From: Vicugna vicugna
Taxonomy: Eukaryota
Direction of reading: 5' to 3'
Length of the DNA stretch: 64,000 nucleotides
Assembly (NCBI GenBank): GCA_013265495.1
Contig: MU060007.1
Location: forward strand, 6,445,040 to 6,509,039
In this document: positions 1 through 13,940 of the stretch, one piece after another
Layout: each line of letters opens with the position of its first letter
Position numbering within the stretch: position 1 is the first letter of the stretch
Position numbers and translations under genes: made by a program
The notes under the pieces: model-generated
What the model was told of the DNA's origin: nothing
Seen by the model: the letters and a program-made list of their open reading frames with translations, nothing else
The model's database searches: none

Positions 1-822
1 TTCCAGATGAAGCATATAAGTAAAGAACATAAAACTATAAAAGCAGTAAAGAAAACATGACATAATTTGGAAAGTAAATTTGGCATTGGGAAGTGCTTTC
101 AAATTTACCACAAAAACTACAACTCATAAAATTTTAATATGGCAATAAAATAAAATTTAAAAAGAAATCTAGCAAAAGACAACAACATCAAAAGACAGCA
201 ACAACCACAGTTAAAAAAAGAAAAGAATGAAGGACAAAATCTTGGAAAAAATATAACACATTTAACGTTTAGTAAAGAAGAAGTTCCTACAAATCAGCAA
301 GACCAAAGACAATAGAAAAAGAGGCAGAAACATGACAGTTCAAATAAAGGAAATAAGAAGGTTTTAAAGTATGTTAAGAGATGTTTAATCTCACTTGTTT
401 TGGGAGGAAGGCAAATTAAAGCTACATTAAAATTCTAATGTTCACTTCTCTAATCATCAAAGATCAAAAAGTTCAATAACATAAGGAAATAGGAAATCTT
501 AGCTGTTATTGGTGTGTGAGTTGGTATAAATACTTGGGAAGGGAAATTCTACAACATATATCAAAATTGAAAACATCTGTTCCTTTTCCCAGAAATTTCA
601 CTTCTAGGAATATATCTAGCATATTCTTGCACTTGTGTGAAGTGATACTGTCCCAAATACTTAGTGTTTATATAAGAGGTTCATAACAATTTAAGTGGCT
701 ATGAATGAAGAGTCAATTATATAAATTATGCTATATCCACACAAAGAAACACATGCACCTATTAACAAGGGAAATTTATATCTAACTCACACAGAAGGCA
801 AATATGGCTATCATATAGAGAT

Positions 823-841
823 AGAGAGAGAGAGAGAGAGA
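823..841. repeat. (AG)n microsatellite
   Basis: Seen directly. Confidence 0.95.
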
Positions 842-908
842 TACTCTTTTGCACCTTTCTTCCTTTCAATAATATACAACTACTTGGGTAAAGAGAAAAG
901 AAGAAAGG

Positions 909-934
<26 letters not shown>
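909..934. repeat. (AC)13 microsatellite
   Basis: Seen directly. Confidence 0.95.
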
Positions 935-940
<6 letters not shown>

Positions 941-2085
941 ATGAAGAGACTATCTCTGAAACTGGCAACAGTGGTAGTGTTTAGAAAAGGAACAGGTGGC
1001 TGGGGGCAAGAATGAAAGGGGAGTCTATTTTCCCTCTCTATATCCTTCTGCATATTTTGCATTTGCTATCATGGGTATGTTCTAATTTTCAGAAACTTTT
1101 CATTAATTAATGTTTAAAAGAAAAAAAAAGAAGTCTAAGGAGCTGAATTTGTGTCTAACTGGCAAGTATCAGATATGAATATGGAGACAAGTACAGAGGC
1201 TTTGTGCAAAATTAATTTTACGTTTGGAACTCATTTTTCCTTTGAGAAACCGTGATTGAATAAGAGTCCAGACAGGTACTTACTCGTTTTTGAAACAAGA
1301 CTATTTCTCTATGATTTTCTTGTATCGCTTTCACAGCTCCTGTTTGTTTAGCTGCCTTTACAGAGGGCAGGTAGAATGCCCAGGGGACGTTCTAATGCTC
1401 CCCAGCTGAAACTGGCTCTGTTTGGGCAAGTTATTCTGCACGGGAGATTTGAAAGCCTGCAGCAGTTTTCAAGGCTAATTCCAAAGGTGAACCTGTGTCT
1501 TTGTTATTGAGAAGCACATGTAAAACCCCAGGGGTCAACACATTTGACTGCCTTTAAGCCAAGCAACTACCACAACCAACTAAATGATTCAAATGCATCT
1601 TCATCAGTGGAGCCTCCTTCCTTAGACTGTGGCATTGCCTTCCCTATTTAAATGTGGGGTTCCCAGGGCTCTGATTTTCCTACTGTCACATAAAAGCCTG
1701 CAACTTGAATTGCAAGAAATGAGAGGATGAAATTGAGCACATGCAAATATGCTACAGGGCCTGATTTGACTTAAGTCCTTTCTTGTTTTCTAGAGGTTTA
1801 ATGCCTTTGAGCATCTGTGAAAGCTGGTTCTTTCTGGCAATACCATAGCCCAATTTGCTCTATTAGGAGGGTCTAATATTGAGAGGGTCTAAAATATAAA
1901 CTGAATAACAGCAGGTCCCAATTCTCCCATCAACCTACCAGGCATCTAAATTTAAAATCCTGGAAAATGTAGAGAAGTGGGGCATTCATACAACGGTCCC
2001 TTCAACCCAGTAAGGATACTGCTTTGTATTTCACAGTTTGGTACATCCACATAGCATCCTTGGGCCAAACACACATACGTATGTT

Positions 2086-2121
2086 ACACACACACACACA
2101 CACACATACACACACACATAC
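2086..2121. repeat. Interrupted (CA)n microsatellite
   Basis: Seen directly. Confidence 0.9.
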
Positions 2122-2380
2122 AAAGTGGTTGCAACATGTTCAGCTATGTCTATTACTCCCTCCCTCATTTGCCTCTAGGAAAAGAAAAGATATGCCTCTT
2201 GACAGATTTTCTTTCCCCTTGAAGAATCAGAACCAGGCCTTGAGAACAGCTTAAAGTAAGCCTGTTGTCTTTCAGACCCTTTCATGTCTATTTTTGGATC
2301 CCAAGCAATGTAACTTTCTTCTGCCTGATCTTCAGACTCATGCACTGAATTTTCCCCAACTCTCTTCCTCTTCCTTTCTT

Positions 2381-2885
2381 TGTGGTTCCGAAGGCTAGTA
2401 GTGTGTGCCCTCTCAAAATATGCCACTTCGACATCAGAATTATTTTGAGCTAAAGGCACTTGAAAAACAGCAGGAATAAGAAGAGTGCTCTGACCTCCCC
2501 TTCTCGTCCTAAAAGCAGGAGAAAAAACTCCCATGTGAAAGATGTCCTCCATATACCTGAAGGAAAGAAACATTCTTATCCAGAGGCAGGGACTCCAGGC
2601 TGAAGAGAATTCTGTATTAACTTTGTTAAAATAATTCGTAAATTCCTTTAGCCTCTCCCATATTTTACTTTTCAACAATTGCCTTTGTCCAACCTACTAT
2701 AAAAGCATTTAGGTTCTGCCACTTCTTTAGTTCCTCATTTTCTCATGCGGGCTCCCATATCACATAAAACTTATGTTAAATAAAATCTGTATGTTTTTAT
2801 CCTGTTAATTTGTCTTATGTCAATTTAATTCTCAGGCCCAGCTGGAGACCCTGAGAGGGTAGAGGTAAAGTTTTGCCTTCTCTAT
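2381..2885 (+). mobile_element. Solo ERV1 LTR, MER34-like
   Basis: Contains aaaatatgccact...attattttgagctaaaggcacttga and ends tgttaatttgtcttatgtcaatttaattctcaggcccag...gagggtagaggtaaagttttgcc. TATAAAA at 2698-2704 and AATAAA at 2779-2784. Confidence 0.75.
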
Positions 2886-3109
2886 TGATTTTTCCCCTCT
2901 CCCATCAAAACGTAATACTCTTACTACCTATTTCTTCAGTGTCAGATGTTTGTGAAAATACCATGTACCCTAATGCACAGCTAAAATTCTAATATATGTG
3001 CAAATGTTATACCTTCTTATACAACATATTTGCATTTAAATAGAGTTGTCTGGAGATTTAATGATTTAACCCAAAGGGATTAAAATGTCTCACATTTGTA
3101 TAGCACTTT

Positions 3110-3320
3110 GTAGATTATTTCAAGGAGCTTTTCACAAACGAGATTTCTTATGAACCTCTAAGTCACCCTGAGGCAGAGAGAGTAACCATTTTAATTTACA
3201 TTGCACACTGTTGATAACTTGAGAAGTTTAGAAGCTGCCTCAGAGTCACACAGTAAACAGCGAGATATCGACTGAGGTCTGATGACTCCTGATTCAGCAT
3301 TCTTACTTCTACATCTGACA
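3110..3320 (-). mobile_element. MIR SINE fragment
   Basis: Degenerate match to the MIR core. Confidence 0.55.
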
Positions 3321-3564
3321 CCTCTAGAAGCAGATGAAATCTGTGTATTTGTGTGTCAGAGTCACCGATCACAACATGTAAATGCCCAGTGGCTCCATCT
3401 GTTCATAGAGCCAGAAAAATTCAAGGGATGAAAATGCAGATGACATTCTGGACCTCTCACTTATAAGGATACACAGGGCGGAGAGCTGTTCTAGGATTTT
3501 TGTCAAACAACAAATGAAACCACTTGACTGGCTGACAAACTGGCCCTTTAATTTTCTTTCAAGT

Positions 3565-3700
3565 TTCACAAATAAACTATACCAGAATTACCTGGGGTTG
3601 GAGTTGGACCATCTGTTAAAAATGCATATTTCTGGGCCATTACTCCTATTTACTGAACAATAAACAGAATCTCTGATGCACAAGACATTTTGAGAAACTA
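3565..3700. mobile_element. MER5A-like hAT-Charlie fragment
   Basis: cagaattacctggg...ttaaaaatgcatatttctgggcc...cagaatctctg...ttgagaaac. Confidence 0.5.
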
Positions 3701-5149
3701 TAAATTATTCCCTCTTCTTAAGTACAGATACGTGTGATTTACATACTAAAATTCTCCGATGTTTACCGTGGTCTCACAGGCAAGCTAACTTGGCGTATCA
3801 CTCAAAGCTTTCTAGTTTTTTCCTAACCACTGCTTCCCAGTTAATTCCTTACTACTCCTTTTCACTTGATCCCTGTATATAGCCTGCAGTTTTCTCCTTT
3901 AGCATTTTTCCAACCATGAGTTGCCATCACTTCTGCTACCTAATGCTCCCCTTAATTTTTCTTGACTGGCTGAGATGTTCTCTTTCCTCTGAACTCACAG
4001 CACCCTTTTCAGTGTTAGTTCTATGACTTTTGGCAAATGCATACAGTTATGTAGCCACTACAATCAACACACAGAAGTGTCATACTCAGAAATTTCCTTA
4101 GATTCCTTTGTAGTAAACACCTCCTCCCTAAACAGGGTTTACAAGAAGAAATTCATAGGGATTATTTAGAACTATGAAATATTTGCAAGTGTGAGTAAAC
4201 CCATTCTGGAAATAGAGAAAAACAGCATAAAAATGTTAGGTGTGTAAAGATTCTTGATGTATGTGTATGGAGTACTGATAATATAATTGTTACATACTCC
4301 TGGTAAATAGTTGGGGCTTTCACATTCTGAAACAATTTGTCTAGAAATGAGGCAAATAGTATCTTCCCTGTCAGTACTTTCTGAACAATAGATCTTAATT
4401 TCTAGTATTGTTATCTGCTGGTTGTTAATCATGCAGATCAGGTTAAAGGGCAAGTGACCTTTTCAGGAATGCAAGGAGCACTAATTATATCAAATGAGTT
4501 GTGTCTTTTTTGTCTGACAGGACAGTTGTTAGGCTGTGTTGGCATTTGTACAAATGCACAAATAATGTCAACTATGGTTATTAGTTTATAGAAGAATCCC
4601 TATTACCCAGTGCCTCAATATAAGAAGTCTCATTATCACTCTTGTTCTCATATACTTTTGTCAACATTTGCTGAGTCATATGCAGGAAGATTTTGTTCTG
4701 GGAAAGGTCACCTCATTTGACTGATAGTGTACTGGCACTGTAAAGATGATTTAGAGGGTCTAAGACAGCACCAAACTGACTGCAAGGTAGTTAAGTATAA
4801 AATTGATAATCAAGAGGGAAAAAGGAGGAGGCAGTTTTCAGAAATCTTTGAATATCATTTAATATGGACATGGCTTAGGATATTCTATCTCTCCAGTATC
4901 TTTCAAATCCAGCTTATCATATCCTCTGCCACTATGAAGTCTTTTTGTCTCTTTTCTCCTTAGCTGCCACTCATGAGAATGAAAAGGACAGACTTTCTGA
5001 AGTCCTGACATGGTGTTCCTATACCCAAATATCACACCAATGGGGACTTCATAGCATCAATATGAGAAAACGATTATAAAAATTAAAATATTTTTATTAT
5101 AAAATATATGTACAACTCTCTTTTTATAATGGAAAATTTTAAAAGTAAA

Positions 5150-6000
5150 GTATAAGAATGAAGCCCCCTGCTTCATAATTGCAGATTTTAGAAATCTTTC
5201 ATCTATTTCTCACCTCTTGTTATTTTTCTTTCCTTTTACTGCTAGAATATTTTAAATAAAATTCTAGATATATAATTTCTTTCATATGTCTAACAGAGAA
5301 TTTTTAAAAATATAATCATGGTACCATTATCATACCTAACAAAATGATAATTATTTTATATCAGCCAATAACTAGTACATGTTCAAATCTTCCCGGGTGT
5401 CTCAAAAATGTCTTTTTATAGTTTATTTACTTGAATCTAAATCCAAACAAATCGCACACATCATAACCAAATGATTTCTGTTTTAAATTTCTTTTAATCC
5501 ATAACACCTTCTCTCTTCCACAAATCTCTCTTTACCCTCCTCTCATTTCTTTTAAACTTGGCCATTTGTCCTATAGGATTTCTTCCATTATATATTTGAC
5601 TGACTGATATTTTTTGGATCAATTTAGCATATTTGTCCAGACATATTTTCTGTATATAGTGGTTATATCCATAAGCTTGATTAGATTCAGGGATTCAGGT
5701 TTCAGTTCATTTTATTTAATCTGCAAAACACATAAGTGGTTCTATGTGCTTCTTATTGTTTCACATTAGGAAATGCATAATATCTGATTTTCCTACTTTT
5801 AGTGATATTAAGATTGACCAAGAGCTTCAGTTTTATCCATTATAAAATTGCCATCGACCATTTACCTAATGAGTTTAGCAGCCATTATGATGGCTATCTA
5901 GATCAGTTATTACAGTAAGTTTTGCAAAATGGAGAGTTTCTAATTCTAATATTCCTTATCTATTTATTAGTTAGATTTCTTCTATATATCTTTGTTAATA
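5150..6000 (-). mobile_element. L1MC-like 3' UTR fragment
   Basis: accattatcatacctaacaaaat, catgttcaaat...tgtctcaaaaatgtcttttta, ttttagtgatattaagattgacc. Confidence 0.65.
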
Positions 6001-6339
6001 TGATCAATGTATAACACTTATTTCCCCAAATACTTTTTTTTTAACCTTGTCAAAAAACAAGACTGTTATTCAAAATAATGGCAATAATTTTGCAATTGGA
6101 GACAAGAAAGAGACAAGCAGATTTTCTGCTGTCCTTTGCTGGAAAACACTAACACCAACCAGTTGATTCGGTTCCCTGCAGCATAGAACCACACTGTCAA
6201 AAAGAATAACCATCTGGGAAACAAGTACATAGATGTGTAATATTAGCAAATTATATGAGAGTACAATGACATAATGCAATATTAGACATTTGAACAAAAA
6301 TTTGTTAAAATATTGGTTAACTTTCATTAATGTAAACTC

Positions 6340-6470
6340 CCACTAGAATATCACATGAAGACAGGAATTTTTGTCTATTTTGTTCAATGCTGGGTTTTCA
6401 AGATTTAGATGCTTAGCACATCGTAAGCTCTTGATATTTATTAAATCAATACTGAATTAATGGATGAGAT
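6340..6470 (+). mobile_element. L2 3' end
   Basis: gacaggaatttttgtctattttgttca...gcttagcacatcgtaagctc. Confidence 0.55.
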
Positions 6471-7269
6471 AATTTCAAGAAATGAGTAGCTGACAGTGAT
6501 TATATCAAAGGAAAAGAGAATGAAAAGGAAAATGTAGTCTGGTTATTTGTAGCAATAGTTACTACTATGAATTAAGAACTCACATTAGGAATGTGTGTTC
6601 ACCATCACATGTAAAGTTGAATGGCTTTAAATTATTTACTCACTTCCCTTGCTAATAAAACAAACATCTGTGGGCCAAAGAATTAGGGGCATAATTTTTA
6701 TTTGTCCTATCGGTAGCCTCTAGTCCTATTTCTTTGGTTAGGAACAATTTCATATTTTGTGTTCTCCATGCTTAAAAAATACTTGAGTGGATGAATGCAA
6801 AATTTAATAGTTCATTGAGATTGCTCTTAAAAACACATATTCAAGTTTTCTCTATAGAAAAGGAGTATTTTAAGATTTATGACTTATAGTTATGATCTTG
6901 TTATTTTCATTACTTATACTATTACTAGGATGAGGATAAATATATTTAAAAAATCCTTTGTGAAATTAAAGAAAGTCTTAAACATAATCTAAAAAAATCT
7001 TGTGATGCCACAAATACTTTTTAAAGAAAGAAAAATGCTCTTGATTTAGAGATGCTGTCTGCTGATTCTCTTCCAATTATTCTGACAATGCCTCTTTGTT
7101 TCTTGAATCCCTCCTCATCATCTCTTGCTAACAAGGATAATATTCATTGTTTCTCCTTCAGTGAGTTCATTGACTTACAATATCAACAAAGTTACTTAAA
7201 CTTGTATCACACACATACACACACTGACACATATACACACACACACAAACTGTATCACCAGTTCTGAAC

Positions 7270-8200
7270 TTTTTCCTGTATCTGGGCCTCCATTTCCAGT
7301 TGCACAATAACACAAACATGTCTAAAGCCAAGTTCCCAATAGAATATCAAAACAGTTTCACTATAACCTGTAGAATTTATTACTTCTGCCAATGATACAA
7401 TTGTCTCAGTCTCTCAAGCTTAAAACCTCGTTATCGCCCTTATCTCCTTGATCTGTTTTGCCATCCACCTGCAATTAATCACTAAATCCTATTGGTTTGA
7501 CTTCCCTAATCTCTTGAATTGGTCTCCTCTGTTCCATTCCCATGGTCCCTGTTCTCATTACTTCTCAGCTGAACTATCATAATAGCCTCTTAACTGGTCC
7601 TTGGTTTTCCACTACTCCAATTTTGTCTCCTGCTACAGATTAATCTTGCTAACACACAACTCAAAGTATATCACGTTCCCACTCACAAAACTCAGTAGCT
7701 CCCACTACAGAGGATTAAATATAAACAATTTTGTTTGGCATTTGTGACCTTTGTCTGAATTTTCCATAACACAGGCCCTCATCTCCAGCCAAAGTGAGTT
7801 ATTTCCCACTTCTCAAGTAAAATCCAGGATTTTCTGCCCATTCCTTTAATTATGTTTCTCTATATGGTATGTCCCCTTTTCACGACCCTTTTCCCATTGT
7901 TGTCCATAAAAATTCCTTCAGCCCTCAAGACATTACACAAATGCCAGAGCCTTCTAAGAGACTGTCTAACTCATGCCTTCATCATATTGCAGCTTCCCTC
8001 TTTTATGAATATCTAAAACATTTTTTCAATACGTATCTCTTATAGAATAATTATCACAGGGGAATATATATTGTGACGATTTGTATACTTACTGGATCTC
8101 CATTTAGGAGAGAAGCCAAGTTTTTTAATCTATTCAAAATTTTTTATTCCTCACTCACAAAACATAGCAGTGTTTTGCACACTGCAAAGGGTCATAACTA
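7270..8200 (+). mobile_element. L2 fragments
   Basis: Pyrimidine-rich L2 3' region phrases (aaatcctattggtttgacttccctaat, aatagcctcttaactggtcc). Confidence 0.6.
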
Positions 8201-9519
8201 TGTGTTCAATTAACTTTAAAAGATCTTTCTCGTAAGTCTGGAAAATCAGTCATACCCTGCAATGTTTACCAAAACAGTCATGTTAATATGGCTACTGTGC
8301 TGACACCAGCCAGGTGTTACCCAGGTATTACTGGCCCAGAGAAGGGCTTTAAAGTCAAAATGTATGGCAAAGTGGACCACGAGACTTAAAAGACAGGAGC
8401 CATGCTTTCTGCTTCCTTTATGCACATCACACAGAAGTTAATACAGTGCTGATATGCTTTGACTAATACACTTCTGCTAAAGAATGATTTACATAAACTA
8501 CAATATTTGTTTTCAAAATTCCTCCAATAATAATAAAGGATTCACTATTTTGAAATCAGCTGATCAAAGTCCTCAACTATCCAGATTTGTTTTTAGACCC
8601 TCTAAGGAGAAACACCAAGTTCCTAACAAAACAAGTTAATTTCAGCAACTGAATTCCTACAAATAAATTCAAAGTAATAAGTATATACAAAGCCAGATCT
8701 CTGACATCTCTGTTTACTATTTCTTTGTTTTATGTTGTCCTGCAGCACATGAGGACCCATGTTTGTAATGACAGACCTAGGGCACTCCCAGATCCTTCAG
8801 CAGAGACCAACTGGTATTCTGTCTACTGTGTTTCATAAAGTAAATAAGTGGTTTATACTTTAAGATTTTCAAAAGCAGAAGTCCACACTAAAACTGTTTT
8901 TGAATAGTAGTGATAAGGAGACACAACATATCACAATCTTTTTAAATTCAGGTTACAATGACTTATTAAATAATTAAAACTATAGCAAGCTCCAATTCAG
9001 GGTGTTCCTTTATTCTCTACTCCATGTGATGGAGTCAGGGTAGTAGGAAACCCTACAAATTCTGTAAAAATCTCTATGTCTGGTGCCACCAAATAAACAA
9101 AGTTACTAGATAAAGCACCTCAGCTTTCACAATGGCTCTAGGAGTGGACAGTTATGTAACTCTTCTATCAAGTGCTTAAGAAATACCTACCTCTGTTACA
9201 GAGCTGTGGTAGGTAAACCTGAAGGTCTGTCGTGAGAAGGTTGAACTCTCTCTCCCCCAATGGATATCTTGGAAAAGGAGGGAGAATTGAATTAAATAAA
9301 CATTGGTGAAGTAAATTCTAGGGGAATAGAACAGGAAAAATTCTGCTCTATTGCTGTCTTAGAAGAATTCCTTTTTCTTTCAGGCTTCCCCTCTACCTAG
9401 TCAGGCGTATGCTGGCAGAACACCCAGCTCTGTGGGCCTCAGTTTCTTCTTAGACAATACAAGGAAGTTGAACTATATGATCATTATGGTCTTCCACTGC
9501 TTTCTTTCTCTTAGGCAGA

Positions 9520-10250
9520 AACAGACAATGAACTTGTAAATTAGTAATATAATTTCAGATACTGATAAGCATTATGTAGATAACAAAGCCAAAAGAGTGA
9601 CTAGGAGTGAGGAGGTGACATTTAAGCTGAAACTAGGCATATGACAATGTGGGAGTGTGCTGGTCAGAGAGAACATAAAATACAAAGGCCTCAAAGCAGG
9701 AGACAGGCCACTATGTGGGCTTGGTAGTGACAGGAAATGACAATGGGGAGGTGAGTCAATAGTATAGAGTTTGGGTTTGAGTTTCAGAATATTGATAGGG
9801 GAAGACTATTAATGCTGAAAAGTGGTACAATCCAATTTAAGCTTTAAGACAACCACCTATGTTGTCTGTGGGGAACAGACTATAGAGAAGGAAGAATCAA
9901 GCGGGAAAGGCAAAAGGGTGAGGATAATGATAAGGACAAGGGCTTCAGCAGTGAGACCATGGTGAGAAACAATCAGACTTAAAAATATGTTCAGGAGAGA
10001 GCAAAGGCAAGATCTGCTAATGGATTGGAGGTGGGGTGTGAGGGAAAAACAGAGCTAAGATGCCTAGCTATTGATCTGATCAATCCACGGTTTTATCTAT
10101 AGAGACAACTGAATATATAGGCTTGACTGTAATTTTCAAAAATTCAGTTGTATTTGCGGCTGGATTTCAGTGGAGATGTCAAGGTTGAAATGGAGATATG
10201 GGAGACCTCAGCTTATAGATGGTACTTAAAATCATGAGACTGGATAAAAT
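9520..10250 (-). mobile_element. L2 fragment
   Basis: gaggaggtgacatttaagctga, aaaatacaaaggcctcaaagcagga, ctaatggattggaggtggggtgtgaggg. Confidence 0.7.
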
Positions 10251-11409
10251 CTTGAATGCTCTCACATTCACCTTTTTATTATCTAGCTGCAGAAAAATTG
10301 GATCAGGTACACCGAGTAATTCTTATTAAATTACTTGCCATGGTATTTTGAAGTTCTTTGTGCCGATTTAATGAAGTGATACAGATGGGGAGAGAAGCTA
10401 TGAAGTGTGCCTCTGAAAATACGTGGTTTTAGTTGTAGCTTAATTTAAGGCTTCATTGTTGTGCTTTATAACCATGCAATATTTTCCAGGCATATCTTCA
10501 CCTAATGTTGTTCTTTATCAGATTGAAAGGGAAGGCACAATTTTATCATCTAAATTTACTTGATTGTGTCCCATTACCATTTAGTTTCTGATCTATCTAA
10601 AGCCAATTGATTTCCAATTAAGGACAAAGTTTTCTTTAATTTTAAATCCATTTAATTAATTGTTTTAATTCCAAAGATAACAAAGTTGCAGAGGAAAGCT
10701 TGGTTTAAAGTTTATTCTTAACTGAAGAAAACAAAAGAGTGTAGAAACTGGAAATGTGGAGTTCTGTTGTCAATAACGAGTTCTTTCTCTTTTGTAATAG
10801 AATGTAGTGTTTCACCATTAGTTCCTCCTTCTCATTAGGATTCTAAGACAAACACTTCAGTCTGCTTTACATAAATTGTATGAGAGACAAAAGGTTTATT
10901 CCTTAATAGAAAAAAAGTCCTTATAAATCAATAAGTAAATACATAATAATATATGTCTCAATAAAAAGGTAAATAGAATGAGGCAGTTCACAAAAAAAAG
11001 ACGCTTACCTTTAATTTATACACACTGCACACTGATTTTTTCCAAATGTTTCTTATTTTAAAATACTAAATTCTCATTTTGAGAAATCTGCCACATTATT
11101 CTGTACAACACTAGTCTGTCATTTCATTTTCCTTAGCTACCTAAACCATTTCTCTGAGTCTACTTTGTTATCCAAAGTTAACTCCGGGTTTAACCCTGAT
11201 TAGCAGATCCTTTCAGATCTAAGTGGAAGGAAAGTGGGATGAAATGGATAGAAAGATTACTGGTCCCAGTTACAGACCATCAATTCTTAGCTCTCTTTCC
11301 CTCTTGACCTTTTTGGATACATTTTCTAAATCTTCTTTTTGATACCTCTTATTTTCCCAGGCTCTAATTGATATGGTTTTTGATTGTTTTTTTCTGTATT
11401 TATTCTTAC

Positions 11410-12000
11410 AGGCCCTTCTGCATCTCTCTACATATACAAATGTCTAAGATTTTCTTGCAGTTTTCTATAGGGAAACCCAATTAAGATTACCACTGAACAC
11501 TAATTAATATGGAAGCATTTCCTTGAAAGGTAAAACAGAAGTTTTTGAGAATTCATAGCAAGGAAAGTACTCTCAAAATGGCATTGCAGAAGTGAAAACT
11601 GGAAGTTACCTGTTGTATAGATGTTACTTCAACAGGTAACAGGAAAGTTACTCTTAGAATAATAACATCTTTTTGAAGAATCCCTTAAATTGCTCTTAAA
11701 TATCCAGAAGCTAGGTTTTGAAAGCTCAGGAGCTAATAACGAAATTATTTTTTCCTGAAAAAGTAAAGAAAAGATTGATCACAGTGGGTCTGGCAGTCAG
11801 GCCAATGTCTAGTTTGAAGAGGAGCTAAGGCAATTTCTTGGTAGATAGCAAGGAGTTACATGAAGCAATTCTCCTCACTTCTCTTCACAAAGGCATTTAC
11901 TAGATTTTTTTTTTTATTGAGTTAAGTTCTCTTTTGATGCAGCTCTCCTCTGTCATAGTATCAGACCCAGCTTTGACTATTTCCAACTTTTTACCCTCGT
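11410..12000 (-). mobile_element. LTR-like element, family unassigned
   Basis: On minus it ends ...aattgggtttccctata, like LTR termini; composition differs from the flanks. Not confidently recognised. Confidence 0.3.
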
Positions 12001-13394
12001 GATGACTGACATATTTCATTATTGGCTCATCCAACAGGATTTAACACTCTTAAGAGCGGCCAGCAGACAGAAATATATGGTAATGACAAAAGGCTTTACC
12101 AATAGTTAGTTGCTGCAATGTTAGATCCAAGGATGGTTGTCATGTGAACAATAACAGGAAAATACGTTGAACCACATATTGCTTCTCTTTTGCAACAGAA
12201 TAACCAACATCTAACATAGCTAATCAACCACTACCTAGCGCTTCACCTGCTGACAGTAGTGCAGCTCTGACTAGAGTCAGAATCCTGAAATGGCCACCTC
12301 ACACATTAGCAGAGGCAGATGGGCACCACGGTCCTTAGGTGAGTAATACACTTTTGAAGCAGAAGCCACCCTCTCATCAACCCAGTATTTACCTAATTGA
12401 TCCAGACACTGGCATCTAGTCTGCAACTCTTGGAGACATTGTTTTCCTAAAATGAAACAGAGATAGTTTGACTTTAAGAGACAAGTATGTCTCTCTGAAA
12501 CTCAGAGCCCAGAATCAGTAGTGAATTAAATTCCCTGCTTGGTGGCAAACATTGTTTCATTAAACTCTCAATCTTTTATCCCTTAGTCTTATGTTTATTT
12601 GTTTTTCCTTTCAGGGTCAGAAAGAAATTAGTGATAGAATTTGGTGGAGACAATTATTAGTAAAAATACACACTTTGTGAAATATGGATTTAAAAGGCAT
12701 ATCTTGAAATAACAAACTTAAAAGTAGCAAAAACAGTGCATTCTTTTAGTCTGAAAAGAAATTATTTTTGGAGTTAAGAAATATATTAAATTGAATCTCT
12801 ACCAACCCACTCAGATAATAACCCATCAGAAACAACTTTAAAAAATAAAAAAGAATGTTGATGGAGTACGTGGGCTGAGAAGCCTTGAATAGAATACAAA
12901 ATGTATCCATTTGATGAAAAACAGAAATAACTATTAATTTGAACTTTTTTTTAAATCAAAAGCCAATTTTTCCACCAAAGTGCATTCTACTTGCAAAGAA
13001 GCAGAAATGGACTTCTTTGAAATACTTGATAAATTAAAGAGACAACTCTGATTTCAATCTAGGCATAAAACTTTTTATTATAACTCATGGATATTATGTA
13101 TTTCTGTACCTCCCAATTTATACTCTTAGAAAGATACTTGTTTGAAATTTGTCCCATGTATACAATCACACACACAAACACACATTAAAATACAGACAAG
13201 TCACTTATGTACTTTATAGTACTCAAATTATAAGATAGTGCCTAAGAGACACCATTTGAAAATTGAGTGCAAAACTCTGAATTTTCAAAGAATCAACAAT
13301 GGTAAGGGATAGGGACTTTCAATCAGTAAAATCTACAGGATCTCACATGGTGCCCCAGCTCTTAGAGCTTTGTAAGTTGTTCTTTTTGCTCTTC

Positions 13395-13940
13395 CAAGCT
13401 GTTTCAATCACAATGATCTGTGTATACAAAATTACCCCCAAATTTAGAGGCTTAAAAAAACAAAAATAATTTACCTCATGATATTTGTGGGTCAAGATTT
13501 CATAAGAAGCTCAACTGTGCAGCTGGCTTAAAGCCTCTCATGAGGTTGCAGTCAGATACCTGTGGCTGGGTCATCTCCCAGCTTTACTGACTCACATGTC
13601 ATACATTTGATCTGGAGAGACCCAAACAGCTGGGCACTAAAACAGCTGGGGCCTTGGGCATTTTTCTCTATCTCTGTGTATTCTGTCCACATGATTTCTT
13701 CAGCATGGCAGCTTCAGGGTGGTAGGCTTCTTACATATTATGTCAAACTCCCAAGGTGTGTGTCCCAAGAAAGAGCCAGACAGAATCTTTATCACCTTTT
13801 ATGACCTTGTCTTCTACTGTGTTTATTGATGGAATCAGTTAAAACTTTCTGCTCAGGTTCAAGGGGAAAGGAACATAGATGGTACTATTTGATGGAGGAG
13901 AGTCAATGTCATATTGTAAGAATGTGGCATGGATTATGTA
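13395..13940 (-). mobile_element. MaLR solo LTR (MLT1H/I/J-like)
   Basis: aaattacccccaaatttagaggcttaaaa...ctctcatgaggttgcagtcaga...cagcatggcagcttcagggtggtaggcttcttacat...caggttcaaggggaaaggaacataga. Confidence 0.8.

Larger units (their letters stand above)
1..1090 (+). mobile_element. Degenerate L1 (L1ME-like) ORF2 end and 3' UTR
   Basis: A-rich sequence with L1 ORF2 3'-end phrases (ggcaaattaaagctaca, tttcacttctaggaatatat). No intact ORF. Confidence 0.7.

Noticed and set aside
2175-2678. 167-aa minus-strand ORF
   Set aside because: Lies largely antisense within a MER34-like LTR; no recognisable protein.
12283-12325. Possible CTCF site (ccacctcacacattagcagaggcagatgggca)
   Set aside because: Does not fit the CCASYAGRKGGC core without gaps.
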